A DNA stretch of 28,865 nt from Sulfurimonadaceae bacterium (lineage in GTDB: Bacteria; Campylobacterota; Campylobacteria; Campylobacterales; Sulfurimonadaceae). The stretch covers positions 1 to 28,865 of the forward strand of contig JBFESZ010000016.1 in assembly GCA_041548245.1 (NCBI GenBank), in the 5' to 3' direction. Positions 1 to 8,754 of this stretch are shown in pieces. The position numbers and the translations under genes are program-made. The notes beneath the pieces were generated by a model that was not told where the DNA came from, ran no database searches, and saw only the letters and a list, made by a program, of their open reading frames with translations. Within the stretch, counting starts at the first letter, position 1. Each line of letters begins with the position of its first letter.

Positions 1-21
1 TACCAATTTCACCACATCCGC
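1..21 (-). tRNA. tRNA, probably Leu (5' 21 nt only; truncated by the window edge)
   Basis: Reverse complement GCGGATGTGGTGAAATTGGTA is identical to the 5' end of the tRNA-Leu at 66-150. The anticodon lies outside the window. Confidence 0.8.
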
Positions 22-65
22 GTGTTTTAGAAAGGTTTGATATTGTTAGAAGTGCTTTATAAGAA

Positions 66-150
66 TGGTGCGGATGAGAGGACTTGAACCTCCACACCTT
101 GCGGCACTAGATCCTAAGTCTAGCGTGTATACCAATTTCACCACATCCGC
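66..150 (-). tRNA. tRNA-Leu(UAG)
   Basis: Cloverleaf with anticodon arm CTAGA-CTTAGGA-TCTAG, long variable arm, GTTCAAGT T-loop and encoded CCA. Confidence 0.97.
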
Positions 151-180
151 GTCTATAAAACACTGTTAACAATATCAAAG

Positions 181-257
<77 letters not shown>

Positions 258-265
258 ACATAAGG

Positions 266-342
266 TGGTGCGCCCGACAGGATTCGAACCTGTAACCAAC
301 GGATTCGAAGTCCGTTACTCTATCCAGTTGAGCCACGGGCGC
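266..342 (-). tRNA. tRNA-Arg(UCG)
   Basis: GCGCCCG...CGGGCGCACCA. Anticodon arm ACGGA-CTTCGAA-TCCGT. Confidence 0.97.
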
Positions 343-441
343 ATCGTTTTTTAAGGTTGGCAAATCAAAAAACTCTATATCTTGGTTGCTAGAGAGCTTT
401 TAGATAAGCCGATCTATTTTTATTTTTCAACTGTTATTACA

Positions 442-519
442 TGGGGTGGGATACGGGATTCGAACCCGCGACCCTCTGAACCACAACCAGATACTCTAAC
501 CAACTGAGCTAATCCCACC
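442..519 (-). tRNA. tRNA-His(GUG), with encoded G-1
   Basis: G-GTGGGAT...ATCCCAC-C-CCA. Anticodon arm TCTGG-TTGTGGT-TCAGA. Confidence 0.97.
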
Positions 520-564
520 ATGTGATTATAATAATTAAGTCTTGAAAAGATAAAAATAAAAAAG

Positions 565-642
565 TGGTCGGGGCGAAAGGACTCGAACCTTCGACCCCTT
601 GGTCCCAAACCAAGTACTCTAACCATACTGAGCTACGCCCCG
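565..642 (-). tRNA. tRNA-Pro(UGG)
   Basis: CGGGGCG...CGCCCCGACCA. Anticodon arm CTTGG-TTTGGGA-CCAAG. Confidence 0.97.
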
Positions 643-678
643 ACACTGTTCAACAATAATTCAATTGATGAGGGCGAA

Positions 679-707
679 ATTATATACAAAAGGTTTGCAA
701 TTGTCAA
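679..707 (-). promoter_or_regulatory. Sigma70 promoter of the tRNA operon
   Basis: Minus strand reads TTGACA (707-702), a 17-nt spacer, then TATAAT (684-679), followed by the GC-rich TTCGCCCTC discriminator typical of stable-RNA promoters. Confidence 0.9.
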
Positions 708-801
708 TACTATTTTCAAGGAAATTCAAATAAGTTGCAAATTCGTTTATTTTAATCCCGATTGAGTATAATGATTTATCACAAAATATGGAAGATGAGA
801 T

Positions 802-2148
802 ATGAAAATAGCACGTTTTTCCCGCTTGGGTTTTATCTTGGCAGCGGCAGGTTCAGCCGTAGGCCTGGGTAACATTTGGAAGTTCCCTTACATTACAGGA
901 GAATATGGAGGAGGGGCTTTTGTTCTTGTCTATTTGATCACAGTCTTATGTATAGGGTTTACAATAATGATTGCCGAGATGCTGATAGGTTACTTAGGGC
1001 GTCTTGATGCCGCAGCAAGTTTCGAATCATTGGCCCCTCGGTTTAAGATGCAGTGGCGTCTTGCAGGTTTGATGGGGATATGGGCTGGTATATTGATCAT
1101 GACTTTTTATTCAGTTGTCATCGGTTGGATACTTCATTATATTGTTGTCGCATTCGGTTCTCTTCCAAGCTCAGTAGTCGAAGCAGAAGCTGCATTTACA
1201 AGTATGTTAAAAGAGGGTATTGGAACACAGGTGCTGTTTCACACGATCTCCTTTGTCATGGTCACAGCAGTATTGGTCCGCGGTATCAAAGGGGGGATTG
1301 AAAAGTTAAACATGCTTTTGATGCCGTTGTTAATCTTGATTGTCTCGGTTATGTTTTTGTATGCACTTACACTCAATGGGTTCGCACAAGCCTGGGATTT
1401 TATGTTTACACCCGATTGGAGTAAATTGAACTCTGATGCTTTCGTGACGGCAGTCGGGCATGCCTTTTTTACCGTTTCGCTTGGAATGGGAGCGATATTG
1501 ACCTATTCTGCGTCATTGCAAAAAAATAGTAATCTGGCAAAGAGCTCATTGATAGTAGTGGGCCTTGATACCGGAATCGCACTTTTGGCTGGATTGACCC
1601 TATTTACATTCTTATATCAATATGGTGCAGAACCGGCGAAGGGACCGGGTCTAGTTTTTATATCTCTTCCTGCCGTTTTTTATGAGATGGGGACTTTGGG
1701 AAATATATTTGCCATTTTATTCTTTATAGCGCTTGCTTTTGCCGGTTTGACATCGGCTGTCTCATTGACGGAACCAATGGTGCAGTATCTTATCGACAAG
1801 TTCTCTTTTACCCGGTTTCAATCAGCCATGACGGCAGGCTTATTCTTTTATCTGGTGGGTATCATTGCACTGCTTTCAAATACATCGGAATTTGGTGACA
1901 TGCTAACCTTTGGGTCGAAAAACTTTTTTGACTGGGTTGATCATATTACTGCCGCCGTCATGTTGCCTTTAGGTGGATTACTGATGGCTCTTTTTATTGG
2001 TTACGCTTTGCCGAAGAGTCAGGTCTATGCTGTATTGAAAACGAGTCTGGGCCGGGGATTTTCTGTATGGTATTTTATGCTTCGTTATGTGGCACCTGTC
2101 GCTTTGGTCATTGTGATGTTGAATCTTCTTGGTATTTTGAGCTTTTGA
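802..2148 (+). CDS. Sodium-dependent transporter, neurotransmitter:sodium symporter (NSS/SLC6, LeuT-like) family
   Basis: 448 aa with about 11-12 hydrophobic segments. Signature motifs GSAVGLGNIWKFPY, GGGAF, AFFTVSLGMG and GPGLVF. Confidence 0.95.
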   Translation: MKIARFSRLGFILAAAGSAVGLGNIWKFPYITGEYGGGAFVLVYLITVLCIGFTIMIAEMLIGYLGRLDAAASFESLAPRFKMQWRLAGLMGIWAGILIMTFYSVVIGWILHYIVVAFGSLPSSVVEAEAAFTSMLKEGIGTQVLFHTISFVMVTAVLVRGIKGGIEKLNMLLMPLLILIVSVMFLYALTLNGFAQAWDFMFTPDWSKLNSDAFVTAVGHAFFTVSLGMGAILTYSASLQKNSNLAKSSLIVVGLDTGIALLAGLTLFTFLYQYGAEPAKGPGLVFISLPAVFYEMGTLGNIFAILFFIALAFAGLTSAVSLTEPMVQYLIDKFSFTRFQSAMTAGLFFYLVGIIALLSNTSEFGDMLTFGSKNFFDWVDHITAAVMLPLGGLLMALFIGYALPKSQVYAVLKTSLGRGFSVWYFMLRYVAPVALVIVMLNLLGILSF

Positions 2149-2177
2149 TCAATATAGTAGAATAGAAGGTGTGGCAG

Positions 2178-2196
2178 TTGCCCCTTAGGAGGGCAA
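2178..2196. terminator. Hairpin between convergent NSS transporter and thiG
   Basis: TTGCCC-CTTAGGA-GGGCAA inverted repeat; no long U-tract. Confidence 0.5.
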
Positions 2197-2200
2197 AGTG

Positions 2201-2980
2201 TTAAAACTGGATCATTCCATCAACAGGAGATGATGCCGTCGCATAAGGGCGTTTTGGGATACGTCCTGAAAGGTATGACATACGTCCTGCGATAACTGCA
2301 TGTTTCATCGCTTCTGCCATCATCATAGGGTCTTGAGCCTGTGCGATAGCTGTATTTGTGAGAACGCCTTCTGCACCAAGTTCCATGGCATAAGCAGCGT
2401 CTGAGGCACAGCCAATTCCCGCATCGACGATGACAGGAACTTTGACAGCCTCTCTTACAAAGACTACATTGTATGGGTTTTGTACGCCGAGTCCTGAACC
2501 GATGGGTGCAGCAAGAGGCATAACAGCATGTGCTCCGGCATCTTCAAGGCGTTTTGCCATAATCGGATCATCTGAAGTATAAGCCATGATAGTAAAGCCC
2601 TCTTTAGACAGTACTTCACATGCCTTTATTGTCTCAAGTACATCAGGATAAAGTGTTTTTTCCGTATCGCCTATCACCTCAAGTTTAATTAGATCAATAC
2701 CTGTAGCTTCACGGGTTAGACGGAAAAGGGTGATAGCCTCTTCAGCTGTTGTACAGCCTGCAGAGTTTGGTAAGAATTTGACATTTGTCCCTTTAAAGGT
2801 ATCACGCAGGTTCTCTTTGTTTGGGTCTGTGATATTTAAACGACGTACAGCAACAGTAATAAGTTCTGATCCAGATGCTAAGGTTGCTGCTTTGGTGGTC
2901 TCAAAATCTGCGTACTTTCCGCTTCCAACGATAAGACGAGACCCTAGTTCATATTTTCCAATTTTTAGAATGTTATCCAT
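2201..2980 (-). CDS. thiG: Thiazole synthase
   Basis: Motifs [25 protein letters not shown] (catalytic Lys), [20 protein letters not shown] and C-terminal ASSP. Confidence 0.97.
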   Translation of the reverse strand: MDNILKIGKYELGSRLIVGSGKYADFETTKAATLASGSELITVAVRRLNITDPNKENLRDTFKGTNVKFLPNSAGCTTAEEAITLFRLTREATGIDLIKLEVIGDTEKTLYPDVLETIKACEVLSKEGFTIMAYTSDDPIMAKRLEDAGAHAVMPLAAPIGSGLGVQNPYNVVFVREAVKVPVIVDAGIGCASDAAYAMELGAEGVLTNTAIAQAQDPMMMAEAMKHAVIAGRMSYLSGRIPKRPYATASSPVDGMIQF

Positions 2981-3036
2981 TTAGTAGTTCCTAGACATTT
3001 TTTATTGTGGGGTTATAACACAGACTATCTAATAGC

Positions 3037-3597
3037 TTATTGAAGCAAACTAATTACGGTCTGAGGTAAAAGCTCATATTCAAGTAAATGGATTCGGTTC
3101 TTAAACGATTCAAAATCTTCTCCCTCAATACGGTGGAGTTCTTTTTGAGCAATGATGGCCCCGCCATCCAGCTCATCACTGACCCAGTGGACAGATACGC
3201 CGGCTGGTTTGTCGGGATGTTCATAGCTCTGTTCTATTGCTTTGGCTCCTTTGAAATGCGGAAGAACAGAGGGATGGAGATTGATTGATTTTACATTTTC
3301 GGTAAAGACAGGGGTAAGAATCCTCATAAAACCAGCCAGTACGACGAGGTCCGGCTTATAGTAGTCGATTCGATTAACCAGTTCTTGATCAAATGCCTCT
3401 CTTGAGTCATAGTTGTTATGCTCGATGATATTGACAGGAATGTTGTATGCTCTGACCTTTTCAATACCTTTAGCCTCTTTTCTGTTGGTTATGGTCGCGA
3501 CGACCTCGATTTCTTCGTGCTTGTTGACTTCCTTGATGATATGAAGCATATTGTTTCCCTCACCGCTGAAGAGAATGACTACTTTTTTTACAGACAT
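3037..3597 (-). CDS. purN: Phosphoribosylglycinamide formyltransferase
   Basis: Motifs LFSGEGNN, LAGFMRIL, INLHPS.LP.FKG and GVSVHWV..ELDGGAII.Q. Confidence 0.96.
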   Translation of the reverse strand: MSVKKVVILFSGEGNNMLHIIKEVNKHEEIEVVATITNRKEAKGIEKVRAYNIPVNIIEHNNYDSREAFDQELVNRIDYYKPDLVVLAGFMRILTPVFTENVKSINLHPSVLPHFKGAKAIEQSYEHPDKPAGVSVHWVSDELDGGAIIAQKELHRIEGEDFESFKNRIHLLEYELLPQTVISLLQ

Positions 3598-4976
3598 GAG
3601 AGCCCTTCGATAATATTTTCTGGTGTAAGTGCATAGGAGTTTTGCTTGGCGGATGCTGCACTAAGGGTCTGTGCCAAAGACGCTTGTACAGCAGCATCTA
3701 AGGGCGAATAGCCTTGTGCAAGGAGGGCACCGCACAGACCACTCAAGATGTCCCCGCTGCCGCCTTTCGCCAGAGATGAGGTACCATGGGGATTGATATA
3801 GAACCTGCCGTGATGGGCAATGATGGTATTGGCTCCTTTAAGGATGAGAACGACATGTGGGAACTTCTTATTGAAGAGTTCGGCATATGTGAAACGGTCC
3901 TCTTGCAGTTCGTGTACTGTAATATTGGCAAGCTGTGTTGTTTTCAATATATGGACGAATTCTTTGGGATGCGGGGATATGATGACCTCTTTATATAGAA
4001 GGTCATAAAAAACAGAGTGATAAAAGATATCAGCATCAAGGACCATGGGGAGGTCATGTGCCAGAATTCGAGAAAGCCGCTCTCTTTGAAACTCTCTGCC
4101 TAGACCCATTCCACAGGCAATAGCCGTTGTGTTTTTTGGAAGTGTTGTATCTTGCATCAGTGAATAGGGAAGGGAAGTTATCTTTTCACCTACAAGAGTT
4201 ACCAAACCGACCCCATAGTTCAAAGCTGATAAACCGGCGATTATAGATGCACCTTCTCTCTCTCCGTGGATAAGGCTAAGGTGGCCGAAACTTCCTTTAT
4301 GGGTGTTTTTCTTTTCTCTAAAAGGAGGCTTCAAGTCGCTTTTGTCTAAGAGTTTCCAATGGCTTTTTGTCTGATATATATCACGAGGGAGACCAAGATC
4401 AAGTTGTTCTATGTCCCCTACATTCTCTTTCGCACTGTCTGAAAAAAGACCTCGTTTAAGTGCACCCATAGTCAGGGTGATGTCTGCAATGAAAGCGTGC
4501 GGATAGAGGTGACCCTCTTTATTAAGGCCCGATGGCATATCACATGCTATCTTGACCCCGTTGAAACAGTTAAGTCTTTCAAGCAAGGTACTGCTCTCCT
4601 GGTCCATCTCTCGAGAGAGTCCAGAGCCAAAAAGGGCATCAACGATAATATCAGCGTCTTCGAGTCCATTGACAGGGTCAAGCCCCATAGCTCTGATACG
4701 TTCAAGTTGTAGTTTTCCAGTCTGTGTAGAGGGTTGTTTATGCAGATAAAGCCGAACATCAAAAGTCAGATATAACAGGCGCGCCAGGGCAATGCCATCT
4801 GCTCCATTGTTTCCGGAGCCTGATACAATCAAGACTGTTTTGGCTGATTGATGATGTCGTTTAATATACTCAGCCATCCCATTAGCCGCGTGCTCCATCA
4901 GAATATCTTCATTGAGATGGAACGTTGTATAGGCACGTTGGTCTAAAGTGTCGACCTCATAATAAAGATTTTGCAT
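3588..4976 (-). CDS. nnr: Bifunctional NAD(P)H-hydrate repair enzyme (NnrE epimerase fused to NnrD dehydratase)
   Basis: YjeF_N motifs LMEHAA, GSGNNGADG, DALFGSGL and DMPSG; carbohydrate-kinase motifs HKGSFG, LDAD, PHPKEF, LKG and GGSGDILSG. Overlaps purN by 10 nt. Confidence 0.94.
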   Translation of the reverse strand: MQNLYYEVDTLDQRAYTTFHLNEDILMEHAANGMAEYIKRHHQSAKTVLIVSGSGNNGADGIALARLLYLTFDVRLYLHKQPSTQTGKLQLERIRAMGLDPVNGLEDADIIVDALFGSGLSREMDQESSTLLERLNCFNGVKIACDMPSGLNKEGHLYPHAFIADITLTMGALKRGLFSDSAKENVGDIEQLDLGLPRDIYQTKSHWKLLDKSDLKPPFREKKNTHKGSFGHLSLIHGEREGASIIAGLSALNYGVGLVTLVGEKITSLPYSLMQDTTLPKNTTAIACGMGLGREFQRERLSRILAHDLPMVLDADIFYHSVFYDLLYKEVIISPHPKEFVHILKTTQLANITVHELQEDRFTYAELFNKKFPHVVLILKGANTIIAHHGRFYINPHGTSSLAKGGSGDILSGLCGALLAQGYSPLDAAVQASLAQTLSAASAKQNSYALTPENIIEGLSCL

Positions 4977-5011
4977 TGTCAGCCCTGTTTCGCCTTTTAT
5001 TTCTATATATA

Positions 5012-5094
5012 ATTATAACGAAGGTTTAATCAATTAATTTTAATATATAAAAAATTTAAATTCATTTTGCTTATGTATTAAAATCTATTATAAT
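5012..5094. promoter_or_regulatory. Divergent -10 boxes for nnr and the YeiH-family gene
   Basis: TATAAT on the minus strand at 5017-5012 and on the plus strand at 5089-5094, with a very AT-rich spacer. SD AAGGA precedes ATG 5121. Confidence 0.6.
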
Positions 5095-5120
5095 GACGAA
5101 TCCAAAAAAAGGAATATATT

Positions 5121-6239
5121 ATGGCTTTTTCAAAAGAGAAGCGTAAGGGAACGATAAGCGGGATCATATTTGTTGCATTGGTAGCCGCCGCTGCAACATA
5201 TATCTCCGAGCTTGCACCGGTAGCGAAGATGGGTATCTCGCCTCTTGTTGTGGGTATCGTTATCGGTATCTTTTATGCGAATACATTGCACAACAGGTTC
5301 CCCGTAGAATGGGAAAGCGGTATTATCTTTTCTGCAAAGAAGATTTTGCGTTTTGCTATTGTCTTTTACGGTTTTAGGATTACGTTTCAGCAGATAGCTG
5401 AGGTCGGCTTACAAGGCTTTATGGTTTCATTTTTGATGCTTTCATCAACAATGATCATCGGGATATGGTTGGGTCAGAAAGTCTTTAAGATGGACAGAGA
5501 CACCTCCATCCTCAATGCATCCGGTGCTTCTGTGTGCGGGGCGGCAGCTGTATTGGCGACTGAACCAGTGTTAAAAGCAGAAGAACACAAGGCAGCTATA
5601 GCTGTCTCTATGGTGGTCTTGTTTGGTACGATCTCCATGTTCTTGTATCCTGTCTTGTATACGACGATCATTGAACCGGCAGAGGGTTTTTTACATATGT
5701 CGCCATCGGCGTTTGGTATCTATGTGGGCGGTACTATCCATGAGGTTGCCCAAGTCGTTGCAGTACCTGCCTCTGTCCCTGTGCCTGTAGGTATGGAAGC
5801 TGAGTACAAGATGATGGCGGATTCAGCTGTCATCGTAAAGATGACCCGTGTTATTATGATCGCACCGATGCTGATCATACTGGGTCTTCTTCTTTCATAT
5901 AGCGCTAAAAAGTCAGGTGGTGAAGGTAGCAAGCTTAAGCTTGTTATCCCTTGGTTTGCTGTTTACTTTATCGGGATAGCCGGAATTAACTCTTTGATTC
6001 ATGGTTACACACTGGGTGCAACTGAGGAAATGGCTGTGATGATAAAAAGTACGATTAATAATATTAACATCATAGACACGTTCTTGCTGACAATGGCGAT
6101 GACAGCTTTGGGAATGGGAACGCGATTTGCAAAATTCAAAGGTCTTGGACTGGCTCCGATCTATACAGCTGGAAGTATGTTTATCTGGCTGGTCGTAGGT
6201 GGATTTTTTATAACACAGTGGGTTGTTGCAACTTTTTAA
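5121..6239 (+). CDS. YeiH family (UPF0324) membrane protein, putative sulfite/sulfate exporter
   Basis: Polytopic membrane protein with family motifs LRFAIVFYGF, GASVCGAAAVLA, GGTIHEVAQVVA, VKMTRV, IPWF and MAMTALG. Confidence 0.9.
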   Translation: MAFSKEKRKGTISGIIFVALVAAAATYISELAPVAKMGISPLVVGIVIGIFYANTLHNRFPVEWESGIIFSAKKILRFAIVFYGFRITFQQIAEVGLQGFMVSFLMLSSTMIIGIWLGQKVFKMDRDTSILNASGASVCGAAAVLATEPVLKAEEHKAAIAVSMVVLFGTISMFLYPVLYTTIIEPAEGFLHMSPSAFGIYVGGTIHEVAQVVAVPASVPVPVGMEAEYKMMADSAVIVKMTRVIMIAPMLIILGLLLSYSAKKSGGEGSKLKLVIPWFAVYFIGIAGINSLIHGYTLGATEEMAVMIKSTINNINIIDTFLLTMAMTALGMGTRFAKFKGLGLAPIYTAGSMFIWLVVGGFFITQWVVATF

Positions 6240-6257
6240 AAAAGAGAATAGAGATAT

Positions 6258-6275
6258 AAGGGGGATTTCTCCCTT
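6258..6275 (+). terminator. Probable intrinsic terminator after the YeiH-family gene
   Basis: AAGGGGG-ATTT-CTCCCTT stem-loop followed by a pyrimidine-rich tract. Confidence 0.55.
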
Positions 6276-6373
6276 CTTACTCTCTCTTTAATGCATTATC
6301 ATCTCTCTCTCTTAATAGACTCTAAAGAGTCCAAATACAGCTTATTAACCAAAAAAACGATGTACAATTTGAA

Positions 6374-6835
6374 ATGTTAGTTGATCTTTCCGAACAGAAA
6401 AAAAGTTATTATGAACATAAGCGTGAGCGGGAACAAAAGATCGCAGCGATGCGGCGTGTTGTCTCGATGTGGACAAAAGAAGAGATGAAGATCTATGTTT
6501 ATAATCATAATAAGGATTACCCTTGTAAAGATGCCGGTATGGCCGCCATACTTGAACGCTTTATATATTCGAATGAGTTCCGTGTTGAGACTATGGCAGA
6601 AGAGTTGAAGTTAGGTTTTGATATTGTCCTTGCAATCGCGCGTAATAACAGGATATCCCTTGAAACGGCTGAGCTTATTCAAACATTTATAAAGAGTTAT
6701 AAAGAGGTGATTCAATCTTTTGACAGGCAACTTTCTCAGACTTACAAATACAAATTACAAAAGGCATATGAGCAGAGTCTCGAAATCGTCGAAGCCAAGA
6801 TGGCCATAGAACAAGAGATGCGCATCAAATATTGA
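6374..6835 (+). CDS. Hypothetical protein, predicted alpha-helical and soluble
   Basis: 153-aa ORF filling the gap up to the convergent comM stop, with natural composition. No family recognised. Confidence 0.75.
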   Translation: MLVDLSEQKKSYYEHKREREQKIAAMRRVVSMWTKEEMKIYVYNHNKDYPCKDAGMAAILERFIYSNEFRVETMAEELKLGFDIVLAIARNNRISLETAELIQTFIKSYKEVIQSFDRQLSQTYKYKLQKAYEQSLEIVEAKMAIEQEMRIKY

Positions 6836-6838
6836 GCT

Positions 6839-8344
6839 TTAGCGCCTTCGATAAGAGAGGGCTTCCATCAGGTGCACTTTTTCAATTTTTTCAGCCAGTG
6901 AGAGGTCAGCGATCGTTCTGGATACTTTAAGAATTTTATTGACGGAACGAAAACTCAGACCAAAGTGTTCGCTTGCTTGACGAAGTACTCCTTGAAGTTC
7001 GGGGGTAAGTTGGCAAAACTGTTTTACCTCATTATCATCGAGTTTCCCGTTAGGTTTTTGTTGGTTACGATTATCTTTAAACTTTAGTGCCTTAAAGACC
7101 TCTGTATGCATCGCAGAAGAGCTAAGTGTCGCTTTATCGTCACTGCTGCTTGGCTGCATCTGTACACACACGTCTATCCTGTCTAGAAAAGGTTCCGAGA
7201 GACGATTTTTATAACGTTTAATCTCAAGCTCGGAACAGCGACAACTTTTTTGCATATGATAGAGGTTCCCGCATGGGCATGGGTTCATCGCTGCAACAAA
7301 CATAATATCTGTTGGGTACTCTATTTTTGTGTTGACTCTTGAGATCATGATTCTTCTGTCTTCAAGTGGTTCACGTAAGGCTTCAAGGATGTTCTTTGGA
7401 AAATGGGGAAGCTCATCGAAAAAAAGTATGCCACCGTGAGCCAAGCCGATTTCTCCTATGCGTGAAGATGTCGAGCCTCCACCGAAGATACTCGCCGGTG
7501 TTGAAGTATGGTGGGGATGCCTGAAGGGACGAAGTGGAGCGAAATCAGGTTCAATTCCTTCTAGAGCATTAAGTTTCGCATTTTCTAAAATTTCACCCAT
7601 GTGTAAGGGAGGTAAAATATAGTGAAGGCGTTTTGCAATCATACTCTTGCCACATCCAGGACTTCCTTCCAATAAGAGGTTATGCATGCCCGCAGCACAG
7701 ATCAGAGCAGCCCTTTTTGCATGCTCCTGACCTTTGACTTCATTAAAATCACATAGATATTGAGCTTGATAATAAAGCTTTTCATACCGAGTTTCTATGA
7801 AGTTGTGAGAGTACTCTTTTTTTATAGCTGGTGTTCGATTTTGATTTGATCTAAAGAACTCAATACACTCTTCTAAATTATGCACTCCATACAATTCAAT
7901 ATTTGGGATAACAGAGAGCTTGGAGAGTGAAGAGTAGGGAACGACAACTTTAGTAAGCTCTTTTGACTGAGATAATGACAAGATAAGGGCAAAGAGCGAA
8001 CGTGTCTCCTTGACCTCTCCATCCAGCCCAAGCTCACCGAAAACATAAAAGTCTTCAAAATCAACATCTTCTTTGTTCAAGGCGATAAGAAGTGCTCCGC
8101 ACAAATCGAAATGGGTGCCTTCTTTTTTAAGATCGGAAGGAGAGAGGTTGATGGTTATTCGCATCGGAGGGAAGGTGTACCCGTTAGCAGCAAGTGCAGA
8201 TTTAATACGTTCTTTTGATTCTTGAATGGACGCATTCCCCAAACCAACGATAGAGAATGAAGGGAGACCTTTCGTAAAACTTGTCTCAACGCAGACACTT
8301 TTGGTCGAGATACCTTCAAAACTTCCTGAGTATACTTTTTTCAT
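6839..8344 (-). CDS. comM: YifB/ComM family Mg-chelatase-like AAA+ ATPase
   Basis: N-terminal Lon-like region (GLPSFSIVGL, ITINLSPSDLKKEGTHFDL), Walker A GSPGCGKS, PFRHPHH, FFDELP, LREPLE and AAMNPCPCG. Confidence 0.95.
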   Translation of the reverse strand: MKKVYSGSFEGISTKSVCVETSFTKGLPSFSIVGLGNASIQESKERIKSALAANGYTFPPMRITINLSPSDLKKEGTHFDLCGALLIALNKEDVDFEDFYVFGELGLDGEVKETRSLFALILSLSQSKELTKVVVPYSSLSKLSVIPNIELYGVHNLEECIEFFRSNQNRTPAIKKEYSHNFIETRYEKLYYQAQYLCDFNEVKGQEHAKRAALICAAGMHNLLLEGSPGCGKSMIAKRLHYILPPLHMGEILENAKLNALEGIEPDFAPLRPFRHPHHTSTPASIFGGGSTSSRIGEIGLAHGGILFFDELPHFPKNILEALREPLEDRRIMISRVNTKIEYPTDIMFVAAMNPCPCGNLYHMQKSCRCSELEIKRYKNRLSEPFLDRIDVCVQMQPSSSDDKATLSSSAMHTEVFKALKFKDNRNQQKPNGKLDDNEVKQFCQLTPELQGVLRQASEHFGLSFRSVNKILKVSRTIADLSLAEKIEKVHLMEALSYRRR

Positions 8345-8613
8345 GACAATAGTATATTGAACCAGGCAAAAAAAGAAAATATCTGTATGATTTATACAAA
8401 AATTTTAAGTTAAAAGGTTGTTTTTATGCATAAAAAAGCAAATTAAGCTATCAATATCGCCAAATTTTGGGAGGATAGGATCAATAAAATATTTAAGAAC
8501 TAAAAATAACATAATGTGATAAACTGATAAAGTCTTTTATCGCTGTTCACTTAAGGGTTGCAGGTCTGCTTGTAAGGTGTCGAAAGTGCACTCATGTCAA
8601 CAAGGAGGCAAAG

Positions 8614-8709
8614 ATGAATGAAATGCATCTGGGAGTGGGTAGTTTAGTGGCTTGTATAGTCTTGGTTATTTCGATAATCGATTTATATAAAGTGACGCAT
8701 TCTGAATAG
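8614..8709 (+). CDS. Small (31 aa) single-transmembrane peptide, below the ORF-track cutoff
   Basis: SD AAGGAGG (8602-8608) lies 5 nt before the ATG. Translation MNEMHLGVGSLVACIVLVISIIDLYKVTHSE has a 17-residue apolar core. A plus-strand-specific hairpin follows the stop. Confidence 0.65.
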   Translation: MNEMHLGVGSLVACIVLVISIIDLYKVTHSE

Positions 8710-8713
8710 AATG

Positions 8714-8742
8714 ATTATTTGTCCCTAAAAGGGATGAATGGT
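8714..8742 (+). terminator. Hairpin between the small peptide gene and convergent def
   Basis: ATTATTTGTCCCT-AAA-AGGGATGAATGGT gives 13 bp with four G-U pairs as plus-strand RNA. Those pairs become A-C mismatches on the minus strand. Confidence 0.6.
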
Positions 8743-8754
8743 AAAGACGATAGG

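Noticed and set aside
1-152. 23-nt direct repeat (1-23 and 130-152) as a possible att site or CRISPR repeat
   Set aside because: It is explained by tandem tRNA genes with identical 5' ends. There is no spacer array or integrase.
343-441. Possible long hairpin in the tRNA-Arg/tRNA-His spacer
   Set aside because: Pairing is interrupted and is poorer on the transcribed (minus) strand.
420-626. 68-aa ORF on the minus strand
   Set aside because: It is a translation of the tRNA-Pro and tRNA-His genes.
6280-6316. TCTCTCTTAAT-like motif recurring near 6281, 6305 and 23576
   Set aside because: Low-complexity pyrimidine tracts after terminators; too short to call a repeat family.
8468-8480. SD-like GGGAGGATAGGA in the comM-def spacer
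   Set aside because: No start codon at a suitable distance; the nearby frames close quickly.
8510-8600. c-di-GMP-I (GEMM) riboswitch in the small-peptide leader
   Set aside because: It has a GAAA tetraloop but lacks the GGCAAAC/GCAAAGC core and tetraloop-receptor arrangement. Kept only as a generic structured leader.
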